Origin: Eledone cirrhosa
Taxonomy: Eukaryota
Assembly: GCA_964016885.1 (NCBI GenBank)
Contig: OZ024764.1
Coordinates: 7,192,001 to 7,256,000, forward strand
DNA length: 64,000 nucleotides
Reading direction: 5' to 3'
The translations under genes and the position numbers were made by a program. Of this stretch, positions 63,414 to 64,000 are shown in pieces. How positions within the stretch are numbered: position 1 is the stretch's first letter; the number at the start of each line of letters is the position of its first letter. The notes beneath the pieces were generated by a model, which saw only the letters and a program-made list of their open reading frames with translations, was not told the origin of the DNA and did not search any database.

Positions 63414-64000
63414 AGTTTGATATGTCCAGGTACAAGTGAGGTGTAAGAATGACACAACTTACTCAGACACGAGCTTTCAAACAGTTTGATATGTCCAGGT
63501 ACAAGTGAGGTGTAAGAATGACACAACTTACTCAGACACGAGCTTTCAAACAGTTTGATATGTCCAGGTACAAGTGAGGTGTAAGAATGACACAACTTAC
63601 TTTCAAACAGTTTGATATGTCCAGGTACAAGTGAGGTGTAAGAATGACACAACTTACTTTCAAACAGTTTGATATGTCCAGGTACAAGTGAGGTGTAAGA
63701 ATGACACAACTTACTTTCAAACAGTTTGATATGTCCAGGTACAAGTGAGGTGTAAGAATGACACAACTTACTTTCAAACAGTTTGATATGTCCAGGTACA
63801 AGTGAGGTGTAAGAATGACACAACTTACTTTCAAACAGTTTGATATGTCCAGGTACAAGTGAGGTGTAAGAATGACACAACTTACTTTCAAACAGTTTGA
63901 TATGTCCAGGTGCAAGTGAGGTGTAAGAATGACACAACTTACTCAGACACGAGCTTTCAAACAGTTTGATATGTCCATGTACAAGTAAGAATGACACAAT
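63414..64000. repeat. 57/69-bp minisatellite, about 10 copies, running to the window end
   Basis: Unit tttcaaacagtttgatatgtccaggtacaagtgaggtgtaagaatgacacaacttac, with or without tcagacacgagc. Confidence 0.95.

Overview
AT-rich, repeat-dense animal genomic DNA. The SINE/RTE repertoire and (TA)n/(CAT)n microsatellites suggest an octopus or other coleoid cephalopod (inference). One host gene is present and is largely missed by the ORF track: a divergent M13 (neprilysin/endothelin-converting-enzyme-like) metallopeptidase on the minus strand. I reconstructed it from 10 phase-consistent GT-AG exons between 23696 and 779; its catalytic C-terminal half lies beyond position 1. The rest is transposon-derived: many truncated RTE LINEs whose ORF2 carries a C4HC3 PHD finger just after the RT core, a near-intact CR1 ORF2 (32324-35083), two tRNA-derived SINE families, a DD37D (maT) transposase fragment, piggyBac-type and Tc/pogo-type MITEs containing minisatellites, a Penelope GIY-YIG fragment, and local segmental duplications. 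The most striking unexplained signal is a dispersed set of long fold-back palindromes, mostly next to (TA)n tracts. Many of them carry minimal type-I hammerhead ribozyme cores (CTGANGA...GAAA...NUH), sometimes as back-to-back pairs on opposite strands. They are probably Penelope-like pseudo-LTR remnants.
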